DNA of 64,000 nucleotides from Candidatus Buchananbacteria bacterium (GTDB lineage: Bacteria > Patescibacteriota > Patescibacteriia > 2-01-FULL-39-33), in assembly GCA_041666945.1 (NCBI GenBank), contig JBAYFY010000001.1, positions 55,813 through 119,812 on the forward strand, written 5' to 3'. The notes under the pieces are model-generated. The model did no database searches. It saw only the letters and a list, made by a program, of their open reading frames with translations, and was not told the origin of the DNA. Shown here piece by piece: positions 18,501-26,509 of the stretch (position 1 is its first letter; every line of letters starts with the position of its first letter). The position numbers and the translations under genes are program-made.

Positions 18501-21235
18501 CCAAGTTTTTGGACTTTAATAAGCCGGCCGGCATGGGCGATAAAATGGGCGCCATAACCGTGGTGGGAAATTTTGCCGGCAAACAAGTCGTGGAATATTG
18601 TTCCAAATTAGTCCAAGTTGTCAACTCTGGCGATGAAAATAAGGCCTGGGCCAGTCGCTTATCTCCCGGTTCGCAATATTTGGATTATTTGGGCAAGGAT
18701 TGCGTCAAAGACAGTTCGGTTTCCGGCGACGCCATTCCTTCAGGCGTGGGTATTGTTACGCCCAGCAATGATGAATTATTTTCCGACGGTTGTTTCTATA
18801 GCTCCGCTTATTGCTTGGCGGAAAGCCGTCGTCTTTATAGCGCCTCCGGTCAATTATTGGGCTTTTACCCTTTGAATTTGTGCCAGAATTTTATCGGTAT
18901 TGACGATGGCAGGGGAGTCAATGATCCTGATGATGCCACGCGTAAATTATATTGTGCCGAAGATATTTCCCTGGAGGGCAGACAGCGCACCGCTTATCTT
19001 AATCAAGCCAATGCCTTAAACTGCCAGATATCCTATAATTCCCGTCCCGCTACCGATTCCTCGGATAATGATTATTTTCAGGTTCACAGCTTTGCCAAAA
19101 ATGGATCGCTCACCATGAGTGATTGCCAGATTAATTATAAATACTTCTGCGTCAATGACAGAAGTTTCGGGGCCACAGGAGTTTGGAGATCAAAGAAACT
19201 TATTTATCGCCGTGTTTACGCGGCCGTCGGTTATAATTATACCAGCGATTACAAACCCTTCGGTTCTTTGGTAGCGCCGGAAAATGGCCAATATCCCAAT
19301 GAGTGGGACACGCGTCCTGATTCCAGCGGCAATCAGCCGATTTTCTATGAATTCCCCGGCGGAGAAAATCCGCCCTATCAAGCGCGCGCCGGGCAGAAAT
19401 CAGGCACCTCCATCTATTATATTGATAATTTTTCCGTTAATAAGCCGGATTTATTGCAATTATTCGGCCGTTCTTACAGTTTATGGCAGTGGCAAGCGGA
19501 TAAATCCAGCGATCCCTTGATCGGCCATTATGCCGACGTTACCGGCACGACCGGGTCTAATAACTCGGTTTGGAGTTTGCCCACGTTATATTGTCCCAAT
19601 AATTCGCGTCCGACTAACACCTATCTGTCATTCTGTTTGGTCAAGCCGGAATTCACTTTAGCCAAAGTCAGCCCCACTATTGTCAACAGCATCGGCGCGG
19701 TCAAAGTCAGTTTTAATTCCAAAATTGATCCGGATCAAGTGCCTATCCGTTCTTATGATGTTGATTGGGGCGATGGCAGCATCTCATCTTATGCCGGTTT
19801 GTCTTTGGCCAGCCGTCCTACCTCCTCAAATACTTTTGATTTGTATCATTTCTATAATTATGACAGTTTAGCCAACAAAAATTTGCGGGAATGCGAGACC
19901 AAAGCCGGTGTTCTGGTTTTGGGCGACGGCACGACAGAAACAATTGAAGAGTTCAATGATGATTTGACTCGGGGCGCCTGCCAAGAACCGGTTGGGTCGG
20001 TTCCCAATGCCTCTGCTTTCCATGTGCCGATTAAATTGACTGTGAGAGACAATTGGGCTTCAGCCAATTCAATAACGATTAAGGATTTGATTGTTTTAAG
20101 ACGCGATACTTATGATGCGGAACAGCAAGACGCCATTGCCGAGTGCAAGACGACCAGTTACAGTTCAGCTTTGGGCCAGCAATGCGCCAGCGGCAATCCT
20201 TGCTGTTCAGCCGCTTGTTATTGGCGGCCGGCGGAAGAAGTTAATACGGAGCAATGTTGTGCCACTTATTTCGGCGGTTGGCGCAGGTGCCAGGAGATAG
20301 GCGACGGTTATTGCGATCTGGGCGAACAGGCCACCGATGCCAATGCCGAACATTATAGTCCGGATGATTGCGGCAATATCGTATCCAATGTTACGCCGAT
20401 TGATTATGCCGATGGCATCTGTCCGGAAACCAAGTCATTGGATGATGACATTGATTGTCCTTTAGGCCAAGGCAGTTTGGTTACTTTAGCCCATGACAGT
20501 TATGACTGGCAGGCGTTTATGGCGGTAAATACCGTCGGCGGCGGTTGCGGCGGAACTCCGGATACTCAATTTAATGATGGCAGCGGCGCCAGCAAGGGCA
20601 ATTTTAACTTTAACGCCGATGCCGCTACTTTTTCCGGCTATGCCGCCAGCGGCAATACCGAATACTTTCTTGATTTGGTTTATGCTCCCAATGATACGGA
20701 AAACGACAAACAATTGCGTTACGGCGATATTTTCCGTTTGGTGCCTTGTTTCCAGGGCGTTTACGGTTTCGGTTCCAATAATTGTCCGACAGTATCGTCT
20801 GTTAATCCTGCCACTGCCGTGTCAATTCCCGCAATCAGCCCGATAAAATTGAATATTTACAAAATACAGCCGAATTGGTGGCAGCAATTATGGGGAACAG
20901 ACCCCGGAGATTGGAAAGCTTACCTTGATACTTGCGGAACGGACGGCGATGTTTATTTTAAGGTTTGCCAAAGTCAAGCTTGCAACGGTCCGGCTGATAA
21001 AGTGGGAATCGGCGATCGGGTGGTTTTAAGGATGGTAACCAATTCGGCGCAGGCTGGCGAGCCGCTTGAAGCCAGTTTGTATGATGTGGCTTTGCATGTG
21101 GGCGGAGAGGATAGAGCGCCGACTTTCTTGAATACCGAAGAAGACGCGTCCCGTCCTTACAAGGCGGCTCAAGTGAATGTTTCACCGTCTTTGAATTTTC
21201 GTCTCTGTAACCGTTATGGCAATTGCGGATATTAA
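9590..21235 (+). CDS. Giant (3881 aa) secreted cysteine-rich multidomain surface protein. It has CBM4/9-like jelly-roll modules and a PKD-like motif, and is adhesin-like.
   Basis: Single uninterrupted ORF. N-terminal signal peptide MRVNNHKFWLRHFSALALMLGLFVVGQKIVLAQS. At least 8 recurrences of C-x5-GC-x2-[FYW]. Module starts of the NIVINGGFDG... and NIVNGNFEETFG type. YDVDWGDGS (PKD signature). One internal hydrophobic segment. Confidence 0.85.
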   Translation: MRVNNHKFWLRHFSALALMLGLFVVGQKIVLAQSGVIYEIDETVVQAQAAKFCASAGSVGAVGGEEGLDCTNEIFAKTQAKLAECAAMYAAAQSSAAVCTGPQSLTCLAEVQVKIAEYHEACDSYSKYYVEGQQMAADLAKEERDIKSKKRRIQFLNALSTSASKALDTLLRSVTREATKIAFTALKGQKPAYITEGWNAYLINAADSALGDFVDNFSQHYGMDICQPDLSVQLLINVQLSQTTPRVRCTFSEIMSNWQEAVTNPVFPLEYTLALRPGENDITASLLALDLRDMAVNQQVTAKTYEASTNQGWLSKVTLNGKILTPGTLLHDMMTDAMLKKGNSQYSITWTETAMAVPFEFMDTVVAESLGLLKEGLFSLEQSAYGNNSSSGGSSNLASQGANILSGALTALFNPSASPIITEGTKGAEARINNAISGSQGQQGGKIDLIVKLSSCDDSAKTNPGPMDCVMDDALAQAVKSKTYVIDLPDQIKNRVFSPRSEQSNSLQTAIPYRSILILRQYRIVPVGWEEAADVIRNSNSNREYTLGELINCYEGIGKNGCTTNNFKGMVDPYWTLKAYETSCRRQGYGALNLNKDDQSGTIGRLEYCSDEQQCLQEDENGACLAYGYCSEERRIWDLGKTCPARANSCQTYTSRAGNAASYLTNTLDFRNCNAQVAGCRWYAVDYNPSSQTWTNLGGGTQFTSPEVINQVITFSRSNRDWWVQAGHQVSANSRLRLASPCSSEMCKLDATGKGCVFHQTTGGNYCSFQYSEAAGATGYIPQDPSCNVPDNGVSCQLRLCNDPKLFANVYAAEIENTPNLGLERALNGQETWKAASWTLAFIDNGNRHLRVTADKHSGNASLLIKTLYAPADLISYEPAIPVEKNTNYNVRFYYKGSINGSINVEVRAGDGDGLSFGQNSDLWPSLLNNLQLTDGSTGWREVNFNFNSGDNEQVVLVARNSAGVYADLYLDDFEFYPISTACGAGAVSVFVSSREGATEMYFDRDAKTCSAASDGCSQFIRTKSNLGGNIVINGGFDGALYDWSNLSLAENTKAKITHINSLDSASSNKSVQVTPGQYYFLAFDGYQASAGQTAEVDAFLRFKSKANAVLQVATSSATCEWAQEKDGSVPQTLALRFTPGSYATSSRFFCKFKAPDNAVKMELWLSSGISGQEAVIDNVKIEAISFNATYPSNYSDYNPATRPTEQISYLKKAPAYYNCYDAYPEIIGWQWPQNQQELTGVLKNKNANCSNYSGVCTPQEVGCELYRPLNGDPSIPGVAQDFDACPKECAGYQLYNQEETNFINQTFKQFIADKKLKTCSASYAGCDEFTNLDAAGQGGEQKEYYSQIRACQKPAIDDGAYYTWEGSDITGYQLVAFSLKKSQIASDPEITGAGKGSAPCTNLAHNVSGNAICSDPTDARGPGNDRYDFGVCVKDDMVSNPDCRELYDVDGNIHYRLLSRTVSVSDNCHPYRRTMTETSLTEAQTNCTSHSGWWNGNNECIYMTIPGQGKTCPATAQGCRAYTGNRGNNVKNAINVINFTASSTALDLWEDENGGKNGLFISSESTFPGGNSLSNKADNSTINYPITIAKNKAYTLSFWAKGNAAYYFDNIRFAEKSGANWDDNSAANGDNYFSASRLVGENLINPRTQLTAEWKRYELGPLFVTWEPGDGNYLEFSMPNGQIVYLDNVILKEITNQVYAIENSWFTPVSCDNKLDDPEGSRAKAENACQDAKSGRCSVGEMLGCAGYLDRSNKTSYLRSFASLCRPEAAGCEALIDTFNSSAPQAQSFNGTNGANHDDVTVAADTLVYLVNDDKYACAKGDKGCTRYGLPLIDKWDEITGYRDVYLENDPDRYSTDLCAAENLWCEEWTGNNTLIYFKDPHGKVCQFASADNTNSWDKWVKSDTAETCPTTYQQTLGLSYKAATDKLQPLGPINSVTLQEPADPAYSGWVGSCSAEQSGCSEYIDPLDNLASNLIPQRCEGKNICADVSIKKNILYVLSDNIQAGSVICSDVDNLSNNFSDDLGHYLYLATDNLKSLTCRVTFQTKDGSPIDLIKDKIGLGSVSYVLNSKVTGGDCNGQVDYHKGCILFNDRSQLDYGNLINSATTSLVFSSRLTRDNNYPQGINGLAQPVSPIATAAAGKPKDANIILKSQPNRACASWLTCSTFEKKKEGQSSALAPYFFSDQDSCLEVGACNSLGDNGICNNYLTNEAVSSDTYSPSSDANKSGFSRVGYYSFDAMTQVGQSSNIVNGNFEETFGATTQPLGWKLSTYYCASNSNCASGNPDIVYRNWQASYVTVGRDGTKAKDGVGYLKVNSGWGVISESVDILPKQEYFLSAWVHTKDLQGPGAGGRLPYAELRLRFLNSKGQPRPGLATVDGGTYEGDWVKGGIMQIPTGLPWQQVVVHFTTGDNVSGVQFALFNMNPDGEKGIDNSKLGGYTIWDNVNLKPLLKSNNAGYIDRTCRVYPSMNAPACKYNNGNNYFYGQYGYCLTPDPANSQQCLQWWPVDSIRGETLSDFSSYYSERYPLYYCLEKKTITLDVSQYTGNFGLFGEGVNESGMESLKFDQSAKQTKATSFNISPTWSPLFRYPFIYKFQFDGLFIAIGDTASHTLFGGALSVGMWKNLVCAKPLGIIPLPVCYVPIGNNLITSSDEAGAITTPAQEEIQAWIQNNPSNRVCEFSVLATLQDSDANSPVGCECDSTAEKNKGAKLNDEISDSICQSKNNCGAGSPNYNCITADLAKDYTQPISDYTYLCETTAEPCSCAAPDAEGKCEDSVHCSNSGTNKCAKVFIDSGASAGAAGVAQTISQQNQSLNDAYQNCSDENPCEGYDSGSGFWSKLWSGIKQFFGSIFSTLGNLLDIVFAPNSLNLAAEDSWGGWGAVAIAGYGQLLSFVPVNIVLHVELPWHTAKKFDTSGGVLGNLAGMIIQQAGVDLGVSTFGLRIITDEDSEFGKNLTDPNPTVTGDVLGFAKFLDFNKPAGMGDKMGAITVVGNFAGKQVVEYCSKLVQVVNSGDENKAWASRLSPGSQYLDYLGKDCVKDSSVSGDAIPSGVGIVTPSNDELFSDGCFYSSAYCLAESRRLYSASGQLLGFYPLNLCQNFIGIDDGRGVNDPDDATRKLYCAEDISLEGRQRTAYLNQANALNCQISYNSRPATDSSDNDYFQVHSFAKNGSLTMSDCQINYKYFCVNDRSFGATGVWRSKKLIYRRVYAAVGYNYTSDYKPFGSLVAPENGQYPNEWDTRPDSSGNQPIFYEFPGGENPPYQARAGQKSGTSIYYIDNFSVNKPDLLQLFGRSYSLWQWQADKSSDPLIGHYADVTGTTGSNNSVWSLPTLYCPNNSRPTNTYLSFCLVKPEFTLAKVSPTIVNSIGAVKVSFNSKIDPDQVPIRSYDVDWGDGSISSYAGLSLASRPTSSNTFDLYHFYNYDSLANKNLRECETKAGVLVLGDGTTETIEEFNDDLTRGACQEPVGSVPNASAFHVPIKLTVRDNWASANSITIKDLIVLRRDTYDAEQQDAIAECKTTSYSSALGQQCASGNPCCSAACYWRPAEEVNTEQCCATYFGGWRRCQEIGDGYCDLGEQATDANAEHYSPDDCGNIVSNVTPIDYADGICPETKSLDDDIDCPLGQGSLVTLAHDSYDWQAFMAVNTVGGGCGGTPDTQFNDGSGASKGNFNFNADAATFSGYAASGNTEYFLDLVYAPNDTENDKQLRYGDIFRLVPCFQGVYGFGSNNCPTVSSVNPATAVSIPAISPIKLNIYKIQPNWWQQLWGTDPGDWKAYLDTCGTDGDVYFKVCQSQACNGPADKVGIGDRVVLRMVTNSAQAGEPLEASLYDVALHVGGEDRAPTFLNTEEDASRPYKAAQVNVSPSLNFRLCNRYGNCGY

Positions 21236-21265
21236 TTCTCTTTTTATTTATTTTATTGAATTTTT

Positions 21266-24200
21266 GTGATGCCTTACCAAAAACACAAAAGAATAATTTT
21301 AACTCTGTTATTAGCCGCCGTAGTGGGAGGCGGAGTTTTGGGTGTTTTTATCAGCTGTTCTTACGCATATACTAATAGTTATATACAAAGCGCGGGACAA
21401 CTAACAGATAAAAGAATACGATTGACTGGCAATGAAAATATAGAATATCAAGTGTGGCGGTTTGGTAATCCGCCCGAATATTATTTAGTAAATCCTGCCG
21501 GGCAAGATGCGGATACAGCTATGCTCGCCGATGAGAATGGCAATCTGGTTGATCCTAATACTGGAAAATCTCAATCACAAGCAACGGCAGGAACCAGGAC
21601 AGAGACCTCCGGTGCTCAATCCGCTCTTTCCGATGTAATCGCCCGCATGCTGGCCTGGATACTTTATGGTTTAACCTACGGTTTGGGTTGGATTTTGATT
21701 TTAGTCACTAAAGCCATGTTGGCCGTCTCCACTTTTAATAATTTTACCAATCACACGGTAACCACTGTCGGTTGGAAAATTATCAGGGACGTATGCAATA
21801 ATTTTTTCATTATTTTGCTCTTAGTTTCCGCTGTCGGCACGATTCTGCACCAGAAAAACTACGATTTTCGCACGATGATGCCCAAGATCCTGTTAGCGGC
21901 GGTTCTTATCAATTTTTCCAAAATGTTTTTCGGCTTGATGATTGACGCCTCGCAGATTTTAATGTTGACTTTTGCCGCTCCGCTGGCGCAAAGCACCGGC
22001 TATAATGTGATTTTGAATGCCCTGGGCTTGCCTGATTTAATGTCTTTAAGCGGCGTGGCCGCTCAATTGGAAGCAGTCGGTTTCAGCACTTGGAATTTGG
22101 TGGCAGCCATGTTGTTTGCGGTTATTTTTACTTTTATCGCTTTAGTGGTGATCGTGTGCATCACTGCTGTTTTGATGTACCGGGTTGTTTATATGATGTT
22201 TCTGGTTGTGTTATCGCCCCTATATTTTTTCGGCTGGGCCTTTCCTGCCGCTGGCAAACATACCAATCAAATTTTAAGCGATTTGGTCAAATACCTGATT
22301 ATCGGTCCGGCCATGATGTTTTTTATTTATATTTCCCTGATTACGCTTAAGGATCTTGGAAATGGTGAACAGTTTGACAGTACGATTTCCTATGATTTGC
22401 AAACTACCGGGACCGGCGGCAGCGCGGAATTGCAAAAAGAAGCGGCGGTGGCGACCGGGCTTAGTACGGAGAATTCCACTATTTTGGCCTTATCTAAAAT
22501 GGGGACAGTGGAAAAAATTATTAATTTCGGTTTATTGATCGGTTTGCTTGTTTGCTCTTTGGTAATCGGTCAAAAATTGGGTACGGCCGGCGGTTCCTGG
22601 GCCGGCAAAGGCATGGGATTTTTAACTAAACAAGGCAAGCGTTTCAGCGGCTTTAATCTGGCCAAACGTACAGCTAAAGAAGCTCCCAGAGCCATTAGCA
22701 CGGCCGTTGATGACAGATTGGGCATCAGGCAAAGGTTGTATTCCGGCCTCTACCAAGTCGGCGGCAAAAACATACCTTTCGCGCGTGAGGCCCTGGGCGG
22801 CAAAATAGAGTCGCTGGAAGCGGGCACCACCAAGAGGTTTAATCAAAGAATCAGAGCAGTGGCCCAGGGAGCAAAAATTGATAAAAAGGATGAGAACCAA
22901 TTGCGCGATTTAGCTTCCGGCGGCGCTAAATATGAAAAGATTGCCGCTATTCAGGCCCTGATGAAGAAGGGTTTAATCAGAGATGATGAAATCAATGAAA
23001 GCAAGAAACGCAATAATATTGATTTGGTTAATCAAGCGCGTCTCGCTTTGGAGGGGACGGAATTAGGCAAAGAGTTTGATGAGAATTTGAGAAAATACAA
23101 TCCCAATTTGGCCATGAATACCATGTATACCAGGGCAGGCAAGATTAATCGCGAGAAATTGGAGTCGGATCTTAAGACCGGCAAAGTTGATTTGAATAAG
23201 ATTATGGGCAGTATGGACCCCGCGACCTTAACCAATCTTAATGAAGCGTTGGGCGGCAAAAAAAATGACGCCGGACAATTTGACGATACTTTGGCTAAAT
23301 TTTTAATGAAGCATGGCGCCGGCGATTTATCTAAATTGGATAAAGCCATGTCCTCGGAAGTCAAGAAGAGCATCTGGTCCGGGGTCTCTCACACGTCTTT
23401 CATTAAAAAGGACGCCCAAGGCAATAATATTATTGACGCCGCCGGCAGGGCTGCTTATGACGAAGATTTGCGCAAAGAATATTTGTCAACGAAATATGAC
23501 GTGGCCAAGGCCTATGATCGCAGCGATCCGGAACAAAAAGAAAAAGCGCGTAAGTATTTCAGCGAGAATCGCAATAAGGTTTTGGAGAATATGCACTCTG
23601 ACGGCATGACGGCCGATTTTATGCGCGATTTCGGCGATTTGGTTTCGCCTAAAGAATTGCAGGAGAAATTCGGCGATCGCAGCAAGGAACATTCGGGTAA
23701 GATGGAAGCTGCTCTAAGAGAGGCGATTGTCGGTAATGGCGGAAACATCAGCCCTTACGATTTCGGCCAATTGAATGGCAATCTGGCAGAAGCCAGAAAA
23801 GGATTAAGCGTTGCCACTGGAGCAAGCAGAAGCGCCGCCCAGCAGGCCGTTGATCAAGCGGCAAAGAATTTGAAAGACGCCGAAGAAATGATTAAGAAGT
23901 ATTTGTTGTCCCAGGGGTCGTTTGAAGGCATCACCGGGCAAGTCAATGCGGAAAACAAATCAAATATCGTCGGATCGCTTAAAGCCGAAGAAGCGGAAAA
24001 AATCAAGTGGGGCAGTTTGTCCGATGCCGATCAGAGAGCGGTAGCTCAAGGCATGGATGCCAACACCTTGTGGGTAATCGGCGCCAGAGGCAATAATAAT
24101 GAATTAATAAAAGGCGTCAAACAGAGAATTTTTGACGAAGTGGAAAACGACCCGGTGAAAAAGGGGTACGATGATTTGATTGAGCGAGCTAAAAAATTAA

Positions 24201-24505
24201 GATCCGAAGACGAGCAAATAGAGAGCGATTTAAAGAGCTTGCAGGCAAAAGGCGATCCGACATTGCAAAACGATATTAACGCGTTAATGCTAAGACGGGT
24301 AGAATTGAGAGGCGATCAAGCCAGAGGCATTGAAGGAGAGAGAAAGAAAATAAATGACGCCATTGAAAAATTTTTAAAAGAAAACGAGAGATTCTTCGTG
24401 GATATTAACGAAGATCGCCCGAAATTTAAGCCGACCGATTGGGATAAAAAAGCCCGAGCGATTAAGGGCAAGAAAAAGGGCGGTGATTTTGAAGAACAAG
24501 CATAA
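21266..24505 (+). CDS. VirB6/TrbL-like polytopic membrane protein (TcpH/PrgH-type) with a ~700-aa charged coiled-coil C-terminal extension
   Basis: About 7-8 TM helices between aa ~120-440 (e.g. ILLAAVLINFSKMFFGLMIDASQILMLTF, VVIVCITAVLMYRVVYMMFLVVLSPLYFFGW). A K/E/D-rich tail follows. It starts 30 nt after the giant gene. Confidence 0.55.
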   Translation: MMPYQKHKRIILTLLLAAVVGGGVLGVFISCSYAYTNSYIQSAGQLTDKRIRLTGNENIEYQVWRFGNPPEYYLVNPAGQDADTAMLADENGNLVDPNTGKSQSQATAGTRTETSGAQSALSDVIARMLAWILYGLTYGLGWILILVTKAMLAVSTFNNFTNHTVTTVGWKIIRDVCNNFFIILLLVSAVGTILHQKNYDFRTMMPKILLAAVLINFSKMFFGLMIDASQILMLTFAAPLAQSTGYNVILNALGLPDLMSLSGVAAQLEAVGFSTWNLVAAMLFAVIFTFIALVVIVCITAVLMYRVVYMMFLVVLSPLYFFGWAFPAAGKHTNQILSDLVKYLIIGPAMMFFIYISLITLKDLGNGEQFDSTISYDLQTTGTGGSAELQKEAAVATGLSTENSTILALSKMGTVEKIINFGLLIGLLVCSLVIGQKLGTAGGSWAGKGMGFLTKQGKRFSGFNLAKRTAKEAPRAISTAVDDRLGIRQRLYSGLYQVGGKNIPFAREALGGKIESLEAGTTKRFNQRIRAVAQGAKIDKKDENQLRDLASGGAKYEKIAAIQALMKKGLIRDDEINESKKRNNIDLVNQARLALEGTELGKEFDENLRKYNPNLAMNTMYTRAGKINREKLESDLKTGKVDLNKIMGSMDPATLTNLNEALGGKKNDAGQFDDTLAKFLMKHGAGDLSKLDKAMSSEVKKSIWSGVSHTSFIKKDAQGNNIIDAAGRAAYDEDLRKEYLSTKYDVAKAYDRSDPEQKEKARKYFSENRNKVLENMHSDGMTADFMRDFGDLVSPKELQEKFGDRSKEHSGKMEAALREAIVGNGGNISPYDFGQLNGNLAEARKGLSVATGASRSAAQQAVDQAAKNLKDAEEMIKKYLLSQGSFEGITGQVNAENKSNIVGSLKAEEAEKIKWGSLSDADQRAVAQGMDANTLWVIGARGNNNELIKGVKQRIFDEVENDPVKKGYDDLIERAKKLRSEDEQIESDLKSLQAKGDPTLQNDINALMLRRVELRGDQARGIEGERKKINDAIEKFLKENERFFVDINEDRPKFKPTDWDKKARAIKGKKKGGDFEEQA

Positions 24506-24508
24506 ACT

Positions 24509-25027
24509 ATGGCTGATCAAATGACAAAAGAGTTGGGCGCAATCGCCGAGTTAAAACGGTTCAATCCTTGGATCGACTCTTTTCAGTTGTCTGATCCCGA
24601 GATTTATGCGGTTATTGATTTGATCGGCCAGGTGATTTGGGGCGACATGACTTTAGAAGAATTCCCTTTGGCTTTGCAGAAAGCGGTTATCAAGGATGAC
24701 GCCGCTAAACGACGTTTGATTATAGAAATTGCCAAAAACCGTTTTAAGGATTTTCAAGACGATCTTGGCGATGTTGACGCTTTTATCAATAATTTTCAGT
24801 CCGGGAACAGTGTCGTCTCCCCTGTGGTTGAAAACAGCTCTCCTAAGGAAACAAAAAACCTCCCGCCTTCGCCGGCTGTTTCTGCTTTAGTCAAACCGGT
24901 TAACAGCCGGGATGAAATATTGAGACAGTATGACTGGTCGGCCACCACCGGCTTGGAACGCCGTTTGCTGTTGGAAGAATTAGGCGTCAGCCGGCAGGAG
25001 TTGGAAGATTATTTGAAGAGTAATTAA
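24509..25027 (+). CDS. Hypothetical protein (172 aa), translationally coupled within the T4SS-like module
   Basis: ORF with a 3-nt gap to its neighbours. No recognisable motif. Confidence 0.55.
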   Translation: MADQMTKELGAIAELKRFNPWIDSFQLSDPEIYAVIDLIGQVIWGDMTLEEFPLALQKAVIKDDAAKRRLIIEIAKNRFKDFQDDLGDVDAFINNFQSGNSVVSPVVENSSPKETKNLPPSPAVSALVKPVNSRDEILRQYDWSATTGLERRLLLEELGVSRQELEDYLKSN

Positions 25028-25097
25028 TCATCCCCGTTATCCGATAATCGTCACGCAGCCATCCTTCTGAAATTCAAAGGGTGGCGACAAAATTATT

Positions 25098-26507
25098 ATG
25101 CCCCAAGATTATTTAAACAAACTTAAATCTTTACCGCCAACAGTCAAAAACAAACTGTCTACGGATGCGATATTGTCTAAATTGGATGCTTTGGACGAAG
25201 AATTCGGCATCAAATCCACCTCTTTGGTAATCAGTATTCTTTTAGGTGAAGTGACTACCGGAGTTTTAGCGGATAAATTGAAGACCGATTACGGTTTTAA
25301 TGATTATTTGGCGCATCAAGTAGCCAATGGCGTTAGGGAAGTAGTGAATGAAGTCGGTTATTACGGCCGGCCAGCTGGAATGGCCGCCCTCCCGGCGAAA
25401 GAAAGCAGAAAACCGATTCTTGACGCCTTAAACAAACCGCAAAATTCCACAGTTATGACTTTTTCCCGCGAAGATGAAGAGGAAATTGAAAAATATATTG
25501 AGTCGGTTAAAACGACGCCGCGGATTACCGATTATACCGATGCCGCCACCTCAATTATCCTGTCTTTTGGTTATCCGGTCAGTGATGAAGTGATGATTAA
25601 GCGTCTGGGCTCAATCATTATCGCCCGACTCAAAGATATTCGCGATGAACTGGAAACCAAGGAGAATTTAATGAAAAGCCGCAAGGTTGGAGGTATGGAA
25701 TTTCCTGAAGCCGATGCCGACAGAATATTGAAGATTATCAAATCAGTTGTTGCCGGGCAGGCCGCGCCGGCTGACGCCGGAGCGGTTTCAAAGGAATTGC
25801 AAGAAATTTTAGCGGCCAATGAAGAGGCCGACACAATAACGCCGCCCGTTGAAAAACAGCAGCCAAGAATTTCCCCCGCTCCTCCCACTATAGAAATGGA
25901 AGACGGCTTGCCGGTAATTCGGATGCCTGATGATTTAATGATCAGGCCGCGGGATGAATCTGCTGTTTTAGAAAAGAAACTCGGCTTAACGCCGTCTTTC
26001 GAGCAGGGGAGAAAGAAACCTCAATTGCCCACAGCCGCACAAGATGTTAAAATTAAGACAGCCAAGGATTTGCCTTTGCCGCAACCCCAGCCGTTTGCGG
26101 CCAGAGAAACTTTTACCGGCAATCTGGCCATGCCGCGTTCGACCGGCCGGCCGAACTTGGATGATGTCAAATTCAATAAAAAATTAATGGGACCGATTGA
26201 AGAATTGGAGAGTATGACCTTGATCGATTTCCGCCGTTTATCCCCCGATCCGGTTGCGGTAACAGCCAAAATTAAGGAGAAAATTGATTTATTGGAACAA
26301 GAGCATTTTGGCAAAAAAATCGATGGTATAGCGGCTTGGCACAAAAATGAAGTCAGTAAATTTTATCGTTTATTGGGCCAAACGGCCATGGCTGAAGGCA
26401 AGAGCATTGAAACGGTAATCAAAGAGCGCCTGACTGACGGTAAACCGACTTTGTCGTTAGATGAATTCCATGCCGTTATGGGGCTTAATCGTAATTTACG
26501 TTATTAA
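25098..26507 (+). CDS. Hypothetical Pro-rich protein (469 aa)
   Basis: Long ORF on the operon strand with a Pro-rich central region (PPVEKQQPRISPAPP...LPLPQPQP). No recognisable catalytic motif. Confidence 0.6.
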   Translation: MPQDYLNKLKSLPPTVKNKLSTDAILSKLDALDEEFGIKSTSLVISILLGEVTTGVLADKLKTDYGFNDYLAHQVANGVREVVNEVGYYGRPAGMAALPAKESRKPILDALNKPQNSTVMTFSREDEEEIEKYIESVKTTPRITDYTDAATSIILSFGYPVSDEVMIKRLGSIIIARLKDIRDELETKENLMKSRKVGGMEFPEADADRILKIIKSVVAGQAAPADAGAVSKELQEILAANEEADTITPPVEKQQPRISPAPPTIEMEDGLPVIRMPDDLMIRPRDESAVLEKKLGLTPSFEQGRKKPQLPTAAQDVKIKTAKDLPLPQPQPFAARETFTGNLAMPRSTGRPNLDDVKFNKKLMGPIEELESMTLIDFRRLSPDPVAVTAKIKEKIDLLEQEHFGKKIDGIAAWHKNEVSKFYRLLGQTAMAEGKSIETVIKERLTDGKPTLSLDEFHAVMGLNRNLRY

Positions 26508-26509
26508 TT

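Noticed and set aside
9627-21185. Some 25 short ORFs on both strands inside the giant gene, e.g. 14864-15337 (157 aa) and 16598-17101 (167 aa)
   Set aside because: They are embedded in or antisense to a continuous 11.6-kb frame that has a signal peptide and repeated domain motifs. Their products are low-complexity.
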